Shown here in pieces: positions 28,587 to 39,223 of a DNA stretch of 64,000 nucleotides (positions are counted from its first letter, which is position 1; each line of letters begins with the position of its first letter). The stretch is from an uncultured Spirochaetota bacterium. GTDB lineage: Bacteria; Spirochaetota; Brevinematia; Brevinematales; JAOACQ01. Position numbers and translations under genes: made by a program. Location of the stretch: the NCBI GenBank assembly GCA_963835575.1, contig CAWIGG010000002.1:32001-96000 (forward strand), read 5' to 3'. The notes under the pieces were generated by a model, which was given only the letters and a program-made list of their open reading frames with translations, searched no databases and was not told the DNA's origin.

Positions 28587-28698
28587 TTGCCGAACCACGG
28601 GGACCAAGCCTGTCGAACCAAGCGAACTCAGCAGCTGCAAAATTCGGAACAATGGCGTCGGCATTAACCGGGCCAGAGCCGTAAGGAGAAAATAAACT

Positions 28699-28842
28699 AT
28701 GAAAAGGACTTATCAACCCAGTAATGTTAAAAGGGCGAGAACGCATGGATTCCGGAGCAGAATGAAAACTAAAGACGGAAGACAAATTTTAAGCCGCCGG
28801 AGAGCAAAAGGCAGGAAGAAACTGACCGTTTCTGATGAATAA
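28699..28842 (+). CDS. rpmH: 50S ribosomal protein L34 (not in the ORF track)
   Basis: [55 protein letters not shown]. Confidence 0.97.
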   Translation: MKRTYQPSNVKRARTHGFRSRMKTKDGRQILSRRRAKGRKKLTVSDE

Positions 28843-29191
28843 ACCCTTCTCATTCACAAAAGAGAACCATCTCAGGAAAAGGTCTGACTTTCAGGCTGTA
28901 TATGAAAAGGGAAAGCAATTCAAGTCTTCTTTTTATGCCTCCTACTATCTGCCTTCGGCGGAATTGAGGCTGGGCATAGCCGTCCCGAAAAGGTTCGGCA
29001 ATGCCGTTTTCAGGAACAGGGAAAAAAGGATCATCCGCGAATTTTTCAGGAAAGAAAAAGCCGAGATACTTATGCCTCTTGATATTGTTCTTGTCTTGAT
29101 TAAAAAGCCGCCCGACAGGGCTTCCCGGCAGGGCGACTTGAAGAGGATCATTCAATGCCTTTCTCAATTAAAACCGCCTTCAGGAAAGTAG
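28835..29191 (+). CDS. rnpA: Ribonuclease P protein component
   Basis: [32 protein letters not shown]; follows rpmH. Confidence 0.93.
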   Translation: MNKPFSFTKENHLRKRSDFQAVYEKGKQFKSSFYASYYLPSAELRLGIAVPKRFGNAVFRNREKRIIREFFRKEKAEILMPLDIVLVLIKKPPDRASRQGDLKRIIQCLSQLKPPSGK

Positions 29192-29442
29192 CCGCTTTTC
29201 CATTTATACTTTATAAAAAAATAATTTCCCCTCTGCTTCCAAAGGCATGCCTCTATGAGCCGAGCTGTTCGGTATACTTCAAGGAATCGATATTGCGGTT
29301 CGGTATTTTCAAGGGATTTGTTCTTGGGACAGCCAGACTTATCCGCTGCAACGGCTGGTTTTTTGAAGGCGGTGATGATCCCGTGCCGGAACAATTCAGC
29401 TGGAAGTATATAAAGGAATCTTACAAAAAATTCAGGAAATAA
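29155..29442 (+). CDS. yidD: Membrane protein insertion efficiency factor
   Basis: YKKIISPLLPKACLYEPSCS.Y, RLIRCN, GGDDPVP. Confidence 0.9.
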   Translation: MPFSIKTAFRKVAAFPFILYKKIISPLLPKACLYEPSCSVYFKESILRFGIFKGFVLGTARLIRCNGWFFEGGDDPVPEQFSWKYIKESYKKFRK

Positions 29443-29489
29443 TTCGTGGATATTCCAAAAACCGGAATTTTATTATTGGTACTGCACAT

Positions 29490-29649
29490 CGGAAAATCCG
29501 CTAATGCACGCGAATAGACGCGAAAGGAATCGGGAATTAATAAAGCAAATAAAAATAAATAGGAAAAAAGAATCAGTGAACCTATCAGAATTCGAGAAAA
29601 TCATGAAACAAGTTTAAATTAGCGTGTCTTCGCGTGGCTTAGCGGAAGA
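29490..29649. repeat. REP bracket pair with AT-rich cargo
   Basis: ATCCGCTAATGCACGCGAAT ... TTCGCGTGGCTTAGCGGAAGA. Confidence 0.8.
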
Positions 29650-29661
29650 TTTTTTGAATTT

Positions 29662-30252
29662 TTATATCCCGTAAGCGAAAGAGATATAAAACCTCACGCC
29701 GAATGTGTAATTAGGGTCGGCGGTTATAATGCCGTAGATGGCCTTGATCCCGACCCGAGTATAGAGGTCGGAAGATATCTGCGCCGTTAATTCTGGTCCT
29801 AAAAAAACCGAAAAGAAATTGATTTCCTGATCGGACATCGGGACATAAGTGTTGACCGTTTTATCAATAATATAACCTGATATGAAATCATTATAGGAAA
29901 TCCCCAGGGCGACGGAAAATCCTTTGATATAAAACTTGAGGGCGCCGCTCATTTCGATATAATCCCTTTTACCCTGCCCGTAATAATTAACAGTTGTTCC
30001 GAGTATCTGCTGTGAATAATTTGTAACCGGTATAGAGGACTTCGCCATTTCAATTTCCAGGCCGAACCATGGCGCGATGACATTCTCAAAGAAAACACCG
30101 GTGGACCAGTCGCTCAGAAAATTATTGACAAAAAACTCTCCGCCGGCTTTGAAGCCGATCAGTTGTGTATAGGGATTGGCCGGGGAATCCTCCGCGTATG
30201 CCGAAAATAAAATTAAAAATAAAAAAACAGATATGATCCCTGTTCTTTTCAT
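29662..30252 (-). CDS. Exported outer-membrane beta-barrel-like hypothetical protein
   Basis: Signal-like N-terminus; alternating aromatic/Gly strands; GAGGAGG SD. Confidence 0.6.
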   Translation of the reverse strand: MKRTGIISVFLFLILFSAYAEDSPANPYTQLIGFKAGGEFFVNNFLSDWSTGVFFENVIAPWFGLEIEMAKSSIPVTNYSQQILGTTVNYYGQGKRDYIEMSGALKFYIKGFSVALGISYNDFISGYIIDKTVNTYVPMSDQEINFFSVFLGPELTAQISSDLYTRVGIKAIYGIITADPNYTFGVRFYISFAYGI

Positions 30253-30313
30253 ACAGCCTCCTCTCTCAATTGCCTGATAACAAGATACCATTAGTATTCT
30301 CGGATTTCAATTT

Positions 30314-32482
30314 CTATAACTTAATGACTATCAATGTCATATCATCGAAAGGCTCAGCCGAATCTGAGAAATTTTCAACGGCCGAGATGATTTCATCCGC
30401 TATTTCGCGGCTTGTCTTCAATTCATACTGACGGATGAGCGCCTGGAGCTTTTCAACGCCGAATTCCTCCTCTTTTGAGTTAATGGTTTCGGTGATGCCG
30501 TCTGAGTAGAGCACAAATATTTTGCCTTTTTTGTAATGAAAGATCCTGGAAAGATATGACTCTTCCTGGAAAATCCCGACAGGTTTGGCGTTTGCCTTGA
30601 TGAACTCAAAGTCTCCGGAGGCTGTGTCATACACGATAATCGGATGATGTCCGGCATTGGTATAAAACAAAGTCCTCAGCGCGTTGTCAAAAAATCCGCA
30701 GAAGACGGTGGCAAAGCTCATGGTCTTCGTCAGGCGGCTGTAATTCTGGCTGGATGTCATAACCTCGTTTATCTTGGATACAATGGCATTGGTTGAAGTG
30801 GAAGAAAACTCCTGGCTTTTTGTGATGGTATGGATCACCATGGAAACCAGCGCCGCTGAAAATCCTTTTCCCGAAACATCCGCTATCAATACGCCCAGCG
30901 ATTCATTTGATACTTTCTCTATAAGAAAGTAGTCCCCGCTGACGCCTTTGGCCGGTTTCTGATAGGCATAAATATCAATATGGGAAAAAGTCGGAATTGT
31001 GCTCTGGAAAATGGACTCCTGGATATTGGAAGCGAGCAGCAGGTCCCTTTTTGTTAATTTCGCTTCTTCTTCTTTGTCGAATAAAATTATATTATGAAGA
31101 ATAATCTGCGAAATTTTTTTTAATTTTGTTATGAGAGCTAATTCCCGTGATATATAAGAGGTATTATCCAGCTTGCCGGATATGGGAAGCAGGGCGATCA
31201 ATTCGTTTTCATAAAAGAAAGGGACAAACAGGGCCGCCTCATGTTTTTTAAAATACCGCTCGGCGCTGTCTTTAATGCCGGAAAAGCGAGGGTCAAAATT
31301 AATCAATTCCCTGTCGTAAACATCAATCTTGCCGGAAATATGCCTGAAAAAAGGCTCTATGGCGGAAATGTTGTAATCCCTGCCGTTCGAGGAGTACAGG
31401 ACCTTGAAAATCTCTTTTCCGCCGTCGAAGATCAGGAAGTCGGCATTCCTGCAGTTAATATGGTCTGTCAGGGCCTCAACCGTATTTCTGGCCAGCTCGG
31501 ATATGGTGTAAGACTTGCCGATTTTATCAAGAAAGATTTCGGTCATATCCTTATTTAAATAATCAATCTGAAGGATCTTTCTGATGAGATTTCCTGCCAG
31601 CTGGTAAATCCAGAAAAAGAAAACGATGCCGGGGACCATAATGACAAAGAACAGAAGCATGGGGGTCCGGTCAAGCCAGCTCCTGAATATAAATATTAAA
31701 AAAATAATCGGCAGGGCCACAATTATGCCTATGATAAAATCCCGTATTAGAGAAACAAGGTTTCTTCTGAGATTTACAAAACGGTAGGTGATAACAGAGT
31801 ACATGAGCATGCCGCCCGCGGCTACAAAAGAAAGGGAACTGAGGAAATAACTGATAAACGGCAGTAATGAATCCCTGATCAAGAAAAGTAAAGTCTGGAC
31901 CAGGACTAAAAAAGCGAGGCCGCTCAGAAAATAGCGGATCTGCTTTTTCTGGTAAATTAAATGAGTATTGTGGTACTTGATCACAATGAGCAGGATGGAA
32001 ACAGCGGCCGCCGCTATTGACACGGTAAGTCCTATATAATAAAAGAAGTTGTGCTCAATATAGAGTTCAAAAAGCTTTTTGGTCACATCCTGTGTGTAAA
32101 TAAGAAAATTATACCGGTTGATGTCCTGGCCGGTCAGTGATATTAAGGCAAATGCGGCGGAAAAGACAAGCAAAACCCAATTTATAAAACGGAGGCCTTC
32201 CGCCTTTTTATCCTTCGGGAATTGGATTGAAAAAGCAAAAAAAGCGTATCCGATAAAATACAGGGCCGCCGTCTGGATCTTTGTCATGAGAAAGGATAAT
32301 GATTGATAGTTAAGCAGGGCGAAATAATCCGTCAGTCCCATACTGCCGATTAGAACTGCGGCTGTAAACAGTAGAAAAGCGGCCGCGGCGTTCAGGGCAT
32401 TCATGCTCCGGAGAATACTTTCGATAGCCATCGCGATGAGGATGCATGCCGCGGTTATCAGGAAAATATAAGCGATTGTCAT
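30314..32482 (-). CDS. Membrane-bound SpoIIE/PP2C serine phosphatase with GAF-like region
   Basis: Many TM helices; VSGDYF, IADVSGKG, NAGH, LYSDGITE, DDMTLIV. Confidence 0.88.
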   Translation of the reverse strand: MTIAYIFLITAACILIAMAIESILRSMNALNAAAAFLLFTAAVLIGSMGLTDYFALLNYQSLSFLMTKIQTAALYFIGYAFFAFSIQFPKDKKAEGLRFINWVLLVFSAAFALISLTGQDINRYNFLIYTQDVTKKLFELYIEHNFFYYIGLTVSIAAAAVSILLIVIKYHNTHLIYQKKQIRYFLSGLAFLVLVQTLLFLIRDSLLPFISYFLSSLSFVAAGGMLMYSVITYRFVNLRRNLVSLIRDFIIGIIVALPIIFLIFIFRSWLDRTPMLLFFVIMVPGIVFFFWIYQLAGNLIRKILQIDYLNKDMTEIFLDKIGKSYTISELARNTVEALTDHINCRNADFLIFDGGKEIFKVLYSSNGRDYNISAIEPFFRHISGKIDVYDRELINFDPRFSGIKDSAERYFKKHEAALFVPFFYENELIALLPISGKLDNTSYISRELALITKLKKISQIILHNIILFDKEEEAKLTKRDLLLASNIQESIFQSTIPTFSHIDIYAYQKPAKGVSGDYFLIEKVSNESLGVLIADVSGKGFSAALVSMVIHTITKSQEFSSTSTNAIVSKINEVMTSSQNYSRLTKTMSFATVFCGFFDNALRTLFYTNAGHHPIIVYDTASGDFEFIKANAKPVGIFQEESYLSRIFHYKKGKIFVLYSDGITETINSKEEEFGVEKLQALIRQYELKTSREIADEIISAVENFSDSAEPFDDMTLIVIKL

Positions 32483-32516
32483 TTATAACCTCAATATAAT
32501 CATATAGCCGCACTGC

Positions 32517-33530
32517 CTAAACCAGCCTGACCTGCCCGCTGCCTTTTTCCAAACGGCCGATAATATGAGATTTATAGCTGTTTGCATTTAAAAAATCCGC
32601 GATTTCGTTCTTTTTCTTTCCATCAACGACAAGGGCCATGCCGATTCCCATATTAAAAGCTTTAAAAGCTTCCGGTTCAGTGATTTCGCCCTGGGCCGCG
32701 ATAAATTGAATGACTTCAGGGACTTTCCAGCTTTTTTTATCCACGACGGCGTCCAGGTCCGGGGGAATGACGCGGCAGAGGTTGCCTTCAATGCCTCCGC
32801 CTGTGATATGAGCGATACCCTTGACCGTATTTTTGAAATTTCCGAATGCTTTTAGCAAAACCGGCGAATAGATCTCGGTCGGCGCGAGCAGAATGCTGCC
32901 CAGCACTCCGAACCCGTAATTATTTTGAAGGTCCAGATTTTTAGTTTCAATGACTTTTCTGATCAGGGAAAAGCCGTTGGAATGAAAGCCGGAAGACGCC
33001 ATGCCGATAACGGCATCGCCTTCTTTAATCTTTTCGGGTTTTAAAATATCCTGCTTTTCCACAATACCGACGCAGAACCCGGCCAGGTCGAATTCCTCAA
33101 CCGGATACATCCCCGGCAGCTCGGCCGTCTCGCCGCCGATAAGAGAACAACCGGAATAAAGACATGCCTTTGATATGCTTTCGATCAGGGTCAAATAAAC
33201 GTCTTTTTCCAGCCTGCCGACGGCGATATAGTCCAGAAAGAATAGAGGACTGGCGCCGCAGCAGATCACATCATCGACGCTCATGGCAACCAGGTCAAAC
33301 CCGAGCCCGGCGTATTTTTTCATCTTATGCGCCAGGAGGATTTTTGTTCCCACTCCGTCGGTGGAGGAAACAAGAATGGGGTTTTTATATTTTTTTATCT
33401 CGAATAACGCCCCGAATCCTCCGACCCCGCCCAGCACGCCGTTCTGGTAGGAACGGGACGCGAAATGCCTGACATTTTCAATTAAACTGTCGGCTTTGTC
33501 GATATCAACACCCGCGGATTTATAATCCAT
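32517..33530 (-). CDS. purM: Phosphoribosylformylglycinamidine cyclo-ligase
   Basis: YKSAGVDI, STDGVGTK, GGETAELPG, HITGGG, FNMGIGM. Confidence 0.96.
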   Translation of the reverse strand: MDYKSAGVDIDKADSLIENVRHFASRSYQNGVLGGVGGFGALFEIKKYKNPILVSSTDGVGTKILLAHKMKKYAGLGFDLVAMSVDDVICCGASPLFFLDYIAVGRLEKDVYLTLIESISKACLYSGCSLIGGETAELPGMYPVEEFDLAGFCVGIVEKQDILKPEKIKEGDAVIGMASSGFHSNGFSLIRKVIETKNLDLQNNYGFGVLGSILLAPTEIYSPVLLKAFGNFKNTVKGIAHITGGGIEGNLCRVIPPDLDAVVDKKSWKVPEVIQFIAAQGEITEPEAFKAFNMGIGMALVVDGKKKNEIADFLNANSYKSHIIGRLEKGSGQVRLV

Positions 33531-33554
33531 AATAAACTCCCCATTTTCTTTAAT

Positions 33555-36233
33555 TTAAACCCTGGCAGACAGTGCCGCCCTTTCTTTTCTGAGATCTTCT
33601 TCCATATGGCACATTTTATACTTTCTTCCGCTGCCGCACCAGCATGGGTCATTCCGCCCCGGTTTTTCGATTTTCTTGATGGGCTGCGGCTTGTCCGAAA
33701 CCTGCGCGGCCTTGCCGCCCTTCATTGTGCCGAACTGGTCGTATTCGCTGTGGATGGTCTGTACGGCGGCGGGACGCTCTTCTTCCTGTTCCAGCTCGGC
33801 GCTGGTGTGGATTTCAAGTCTGGACAGAAGCGCCATGGCTTCCAGCATAAAACTGGCCCGCATTGCCTTGAAGAGGTCATAGGCTTCCAGTTTATATTCG
33901 ACTATAGGGTTTTTCTGGGCATAACCGCGCAGGCCGATGCCTTCCTGAAGCGAGTCAATGTTCCTGAGGTGCTGTTTCCATTGTGTGTCCAGCGTGTTCA
34001 GAACGATATACTTGAAGCCTTCGGCGCGGATATCATCCGGGACGTTCGCCAAGCGGTCCCATACCCGTTCCTTTATTTTACCGCAGATGAGGCTGACAGC
34101 CTCTTCATACGTTTCCCTGCCGAGGTCAATATCCAGGCCTGTATAGAAATGGTATTTAAACCATTTATCCATCTCTTCCTTGTTCCAGGAATCCGGCCTT
34201 TGCGGCCTGTCAAAAGTACCGAGATAATTCTCGGTAACATTGCGTATAAGTTCATCAACAAAAGCGTAATTATTGCTGATATCGAGTATTTTATCACGTG
34301 TTGAATATATATAAACCCTCTGCTCATTCATGACATTATCGTATTCGAGAAGGTTTTTTCTTATTTCGAAGTTTCTGGCTTCCACTCTTTTCTGGGCGCC
34401 TTCTATGGCCCTGGAAATCATTCTGTTCTGGATCTCATCCTCTTCGCTGAACCCGAACCTCTCCATCAGGCCCATCTGGTTATCCAGGCCGAAGAGCCGC
34501 ATCAGGTCGTCCTGAAGCGAGACATAAAACTGCGAGGAACCTGGGTCTCCCTGTCTTCCGGTACGGCCGCGGAGTTGATTGTCGATTCTTCTCGCTTCAT
34601 GCCGCTCGCTGCCTATCACATGAAGGCCGCCAACTTCCACGACGCCTTCTCCGAGTTTGATATCTGTTCCGCGCCCTGCCATATTGGTCGCGATTGTGAC
34701 CGATCCCCTTAAGCCGGCATTGGCGATGATATCCGCCTCTTTTTCATGGAATTTGGCGTTCAGGACGTTATGACGTATTCTCTTCTGGTCCAGAAGCCTT
34801 GAAATCTTTTCCGATTTTTCGACCGAGATCGTCCCCAGCAGGATCGGCTGGCCTTTTTTATGCTTTTCCTCCACATCCCTGATGATCGCTTTATTTTTGG
34901 CGTTTTCATTAATATAGACCTTGTCGGAATAGTCTGACCTGGCCACGGGCATATTGGTCGGGATGACCGCCACGTCCAGTTTGTAAATGGAATAAAATTC
35001 CGTCGCCTCGGTTTCAGCCGTGCCTGTCATGCCGGCCAGCTTTTCGTACATCCTGAAAAGATTCTGGAATGTGATTGTCGCCAGGGTCTGGAATTCCTGC
35101 TTGATCTGGACCCGTTCCTTCGCCTCAATGGCCTGGTGAAGACCGTCCGACCAGCGGCGCCCGGGCATTTTTCTTCCGGTAAATTCATCGACGATGACGA
35201 CTTCGTTATTTTCTATGACATAGGCGACATCCTTCTGATAAAGTTTATGCGCGCGGATGCCCTGTGTTACATGGTGGACAATACGGCTGTTCTTCGGTGT
35301 AAACAGGTCTTTGACGCCGATTAATTTTTCCACTTTTTCTATGCCCATCTCGGTAAGGACGGCCGATTTATCCTTTTCGTCGACGGCATAATCCCCGGTT
35401 CCCTCAATCGGCTCTTTTTTATCGTTGACCTGAGCCTCTGTCAGGCGGGGAATGATCTTATCAATCTTGTAATAAAGATCGGTCGCTTCCTCGGACGGTC
35501 CGGAAATAATGAGCGGCGTCCTCGCCTCATCGATCAGGATCGAGTCCACTTCGTCGACAATGGCGAAATAATGCTTGCGCTGGACCTTCTGCTGAAGGGC
35601 GAAGACCATGTTGTCGCGGAGGTAATCAAAACCGAACTCATTATTTGTTCCGTAGGTTATATCGCAGTTATAAGCCTCCTGCCGGCTGCATTCGATCGTC
35701 ATGACTTTATAATTGGAGATGTCCTCCCACTCGACCCGGTAGGATTTTTCGTGGTTGATCACGCCGACCGTGAGCCCCAGGAATTTATAAACCGGCCCCA
35801 TCCAGAGGGCGTCCCTTTTTGCCAGGTAATCGTTGACGGTGACAAGGTGGCATCCCTTTCCGGTGATCGCGTTCAGGTAAAGGGGCAGTGTGGCGACAAG
35901 GGTTTTACCCTCGCCGGTTTTCATTTCAGCTATCATATTGTTATTCAGGGCGATTCCGCCCATGATCTGGACATCAAAAGGGCGCATCCCAAGCGTTCTT
36001 TTGGACACTTCGCGCGCGGCGGCAAACGTCTCGGGCAGAAGGTCGGCCAGAGTTTCGCCTTTACCGAGACGTTCCTTGAATTCCTGTGTTTTGGCAGCCA
36101 GTTTATCATTAGGCAGTGTCGAGAATTCGCTTTCAAGCGAGCCGACTTTCTCGACAAGCGGCTTCATTTTTTTGATATCTCTCTGCTGTTTGGTGCCGAA
36201 AATAAGATTGAGAAGCTTTTTCAAGAGTTCCAT
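33555..36233 (-). CDS. secA: Protein translocase subunit SecA
   Basis: AEMKTGEGKT, DEVDSILIDEARTPLIISG, ATNMAGRGTDI, SEC-C motif CWCGSGRKYKMCH. Confidence 0.97.
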   Translation of the reverse strand: MELLKKLLNLIFGTKQQRDIKKMKPLVEKVGSLESEFSTLPNDKLAAKTQEFKERLGKGETLADLLPETFAAAREVSKRTLGMRPFDVQIMGGIALNNNMIAEMKTGEGKTLVATLPLYLNAITGKGCHLVTVNDYLAKRDALWMGPVYKFLGLTVGVINHEKSYRVEWEDISNYKVMTIECSRQEAYNCDITYGTNNEFGFDYLRDNMVFALQQKVQRKHYFAIVDEVDSILIDEARTPLIISGPSEEATDLYYKIDKIIPRLTEAQVNDKKEPIEGTGDYAVDEKDKSAVLTEMGIEKVEKLIGVKDLFTPKNSRIVHHVTQGIRAHKLYQKDVAYVIENNEVVIVDEFTGRKMPGRRWSDGLHQAIEAKERVQIKQEFQTLATITFQNLFRMYEKLAGMTGTAETEATEFYSIYKLDVAVIPTNMPVARSDYSDKVYINENAKNKAIIRDVEEKHKKGQPILLGTISVEKSEKISRLLDQKRIRHNVLNAKFHEKEADIIANAGLRGSVTIATNMAGRGTDIKLGEGVVEVGGLHVIGSERHEARRIDNQLRGRTGRQGDPGSSQFYVSLQDDLMRLFGLDNQMGLMERFGFSEEDEIQNRMISRAIEGAQKRVEARNFEIRKNLLEYDNVMNEQRVYIYSTRDKILDISNNYAFVDELIRNVTENYLGTFDRPQRPDSWNKEEMDKWFKYHFYTGLDIDLGRETYEEAVSLICGKIKERVWDRLANVPDDIRAEGFKYIVLNTLDTQWKQHLRNIDSLQEGIGLRGYAQKNPIVEYKLEAYDLFKAMRASFMLEAMALLSRLEIHTSAELEQEEERPAAVQTIHSEYDQFGTMKGGKAAQVSDKPQPIKKIEKPGRNDPCWCGSGRKYKMCHMEEDLRKERAALSARV

Positions 36234-36820
36234 ATATTCTCCTTGCGTTTCTAAACTCAATATGCTCAAAAGATAATAATTGATACTATCTTCCGGCAAA
36301 TATCATGGCATCGTATGCCTCACAGACGTATGTCTCGTATGCCATATAGAATATCATATTATTCGCTTTTTCGAAAGTTTTAGGGCTTATTAATCAAGCC
36401 GCATTTATAAGACAGCTTTTTAAGCCTTTGATGGAATATTTATAAAAAAATAAAAAATGAAAATTGTCTGGAAATGAAAAAACAGAAGCCGGAATTACAG
36501 CTTAACAATAAATTTATGAATAAAATTAAGTAACACGTTATGATTTCTTTGAATAATAAAAAAAGGATTTATAATTTGTTTATAAAAATCAGTGTAAATC
36601 CGCTTAATCCGTGAAAATCTGTGTTGAATTGGGGTATTATCAAATGGCATTTCCTCTTTAAAATTATAAATTTTTCTCAATTTTTATTGTAGAGAACGGA
36701 ATAATAGAATATAATATAGGACATTTTTCCGGTTTGAGATAAATGTTCCGGCTTTAAAATTCTTCGGAAAAATAAAAGAAAACCGGGTTCTGCAGAAGTA
36801 AATAAACAAGGGAGTGTTCT

Positions 36821-38314
36821 ATGATCCAAGCGAAAAAGTTCTCTATTTTATTGATATTTTTAGCCGGGTTTGTTTTTGGGATAAGCCTTCTGACGCTGAA
36901 TAAAATGTTTTTCTCGGCCAATCTGGCTTATGCCGATGCTCCTTCCACAAATGAGCAGGAAAACCCATTTGATCCCGATGAGAACAACTATTTTAAGTAT
37001 TATAGAATGTTTAATGAAAGCTATAACATCATTAAAAGGGAATTTTATGACCAGAAAATGGTCTCTGCGAAAAACATGATGTACGGCGCCATGAAAGGCA
37101 TGCTGGAAAATCTGGATGATCCCTATACGACCTTTATGGACCCGACGATCGCGAAAGAGTTCGGCATTGATGTGACCGGCAGCTTCGGCGGCCTGGGAAT
37201 ACAGATCGATATGCGGGACGGCAATTTAACCGTTATTTCCCCTATGGAAGACACACCCGCATGGAAAGCGGGTATTAAGCCCGGCGATAAGATCATTGAA
37301 ATTGAGGGCGGTACGACCAAGGGGATGTCAGTCAAGGAAGCCGTGGATAAGCTCCGGGGTAAGACCGGGACAAAAGTTACAATAACCATTTCCCGGGAAG
37401 GCGTTGCCGAACCGTTCAAAGTCACTTTAAAACGTGAGGAAATAAAACTGAAGACAGTCAAGTCTGAAATGATTGAATATCATAAAAAGAAATACGCTTA
37501 TATTAAGATGCTTGAGTTCAGTATGCCGACAGCGGATGAATTTAAAAAACAGATCAAAGACAGGCTTGATAAAAAGCCGGACGGGATTATCGTTGATCTC
37601 AGGAACAACCCGGGCGGGCTTCTGAATGTCGTGTCCGATTGCGTCAATTACTTTCTTGATGAAGGCCTGATCGTTTATACCCGCGGCAGGCTGCCTGAAA
37701 ATAATCAGGACTTTACGGCTAAAAAGGAAGATACTTTTGTTCCCCTTGACCTGCCCCTGGTGGTTTTGATCAATCAGGGCAGCGCCAGCGCGAGCGAGAT
37801 ATTCGCCGGCGCCATGCAGGATACGGGCAGAGGCGTACTGGTCGGGATGAAAAGCTTCGGAAAAGGTTCCGTTCAGAAAACCTTTACATTTCCGGATGAC
37901 GGCTCCACGATCAAATACACGGTGGCCAAGTATTTTACTCCGTCCGGAGTCTGTATCGATAAGATCGGCCTGACGCCCAATGTGGAAGAAAAATACTGGT
38001 ATGAGGCTTTAAGCGATGATGAGAAAACCGCTCTTGTCAAGATTCAGAACACAAACTTTATAAAAGATTTTCTTTCCCGGAATCCGTCTGTATCTGAAGC
38101 GAAAGTACAGGAATTCCGGAAGAAACTTCAGGAAAAGGGTTTTAAAATAGGCGAACAGCCTCTGGCGTTTCTGATTAAAATGAAAAAGACTGAAAATGAG
38201 GTCCTGCCGGTCTATGACCTGGAATTTGACAATCAGCTCGTAAAAGCTTTGAATATAATGGGCGATTACAGCAAGTATAAAAAGCCGTTTAAAGTATACC
38301 GTGAAGCAAAATAA
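36821..38314 (+). CDS. S41 C-terminal processing protease (CtpA-like, PDZ)
   Basis: LDDPYT, DLRNNPGG, SASASEIFAGAMQD, FGKGSVQ. Confidence 0.92.
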   Translation: MIQAKKFSILLIFLAGFVFGISLLTLNKMFFSANLAYADAPSTNEQENPFDPDENNYFKYYRMFNESYNIIKREFYDQKMVSAKNMMYGAMKGMLENLDDPYTTFMDPTIAKEFGIDVTGSFGGLGIQIDMRDGNLTVISPMEDTPAWKAGIKPGDKIIEIEGGTTKGMSVKEAVDKLRGKTGTKVTITISREGVAEPFKVTLKREEIKLKTVKSEMIEYHKKKYAYIKMLEFSMPTADEFKKQIKDRLDKKPDGIIVDLRNNPGGLLNVVSDCVNYFLDEGLIVYTRGRLPENNQDFTAKKEDTFVPLDLPLVVLINQGSASASEIFAGAMQDTGRGVLVGMKSFGKGSVQKTFTFPDDGSTIKYTVAKYFTPSGVCIDKIGLTPNVEEKYWYEALSDDEKTALVKIQNTNFIKDFLSRNPSVSEAKVQEFRKKLQEKGFKIGEQPLAFLIKMKKTENEVLPVYDLEFDNQLVKALNIMGDYSKYKKPFKVYREAK

Positions 38315-38375
38315 ATTACGTTCAGAATAATAAATATTATTTGCATGAGAAGAGCCTTTAATCAAAGGAGTATTT

Positions 38376-39218
38376 ATGGCTTGGTTTGAAAAACCCAAAT
38401 ATGTTGTAAAAAAAACCACGCACGCCAAACTGAACGAAGGTTTATGGAGGAAATGTTCCAGCTGCAGCACCATTATTTACAACAAGGAATGGGAAGATAA
38501 TCTCCATGTCTGCACTCATTGCGGGTTTCATGACAAATTGAAAGCTGGGGAAAGGGTCCAGACTCTTATCGATACCGGGACTTTTATTGAAACAAACCAG
38601 AATATTTCCAGCGCCGATCCGTTGAATTTTCATGACGGCGTTATAGCTTACAGGGATTATATCAAAAAGCAGATGGAAAAAACAAAGCTGAAAGAAGCGG
38701 TTGTGACAGGCTACGGCAAGCTGAACGGGAGAATGGTAGATATAGCCGTTATGGATTTTAGTTTTGTGGGCGGAAGCATGGGCTCTGTTGTGGGCGAAAA
38801 AGTTACTCTGGCCATCGAATCCGCGGATAAAAACCGCAGGCCGCTGATCATTGTCGCGGCGTCCGGCGGCGCGAGAATGCATGAGGGAATTTTATCGCTG
38901 ATGCAGATGGCTAAAACTTCGGCCGCGTTAAAAAGATTTTCTCAAGACGGCGGTTTATATATTTCGGTATTGACAGACCCGACATCCGGAGGGGTTACGG
39001 CCTCATTTGCCATGCTGGGGGATTTTAATATCGCGGAAAAAAAGGCGCTTATCGCATTCGCGGGGGCCAGGGTCATCGAGCAGACCATACGCCAGAAACT
39101 GCCGTCCGGCTTTCAGCGCGCCGAATTCCTGCAGGATCACGGCTTTATCGACATCATTGCCGAGAGGAAAGATTTAAAAAAGATCATCTCTACCATTATT
39201 AATTACACGCTGGAGTAA
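38376..39218 (+). CDS. accD: Acetyl-CoA carboxylase carboxyltransferase beta subunit
   Basis: Zn finger LWRKCSSC...CTHC, GGSMGSVVGEK, SGGARMHEG. Confidence 0.95.
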   Translation: MAWFEKPKYVVKKTTHAKLNEGLWRKCSSCSTIIYNKEWEDNLHVCTHCGFHDKLKAGERVQTLIDTGTFIETNQNISSADPLNFHDGVIAYRDYIKKQMEKTKLKEAVVTGYGKLNGRMVDIAVMDFSFVGGSMGSVVGEKVTLAIESADKNRRPLIIVAASGGARMHEGILSLMQMAKTSAALKRFSQDGGLYISVLTDPTSGGVTASFAMLGDFNIAEKKALIAFAGARVIEQTIRQKLPSGFQRAEFLQDHGFIDIIAERKDLKKIISTIINYTLE

Positions 39219-39223
39219 AATGT

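Noticed and set aside
28421..28640. 6S RNA or SRP RNA call for the hairpin upstream of rpmH
   Set aside because: Only ~110 nt once the MITE is removed, no SRP GGAA loop motif, and the inner stems match REP-like motifs; left unassigned.
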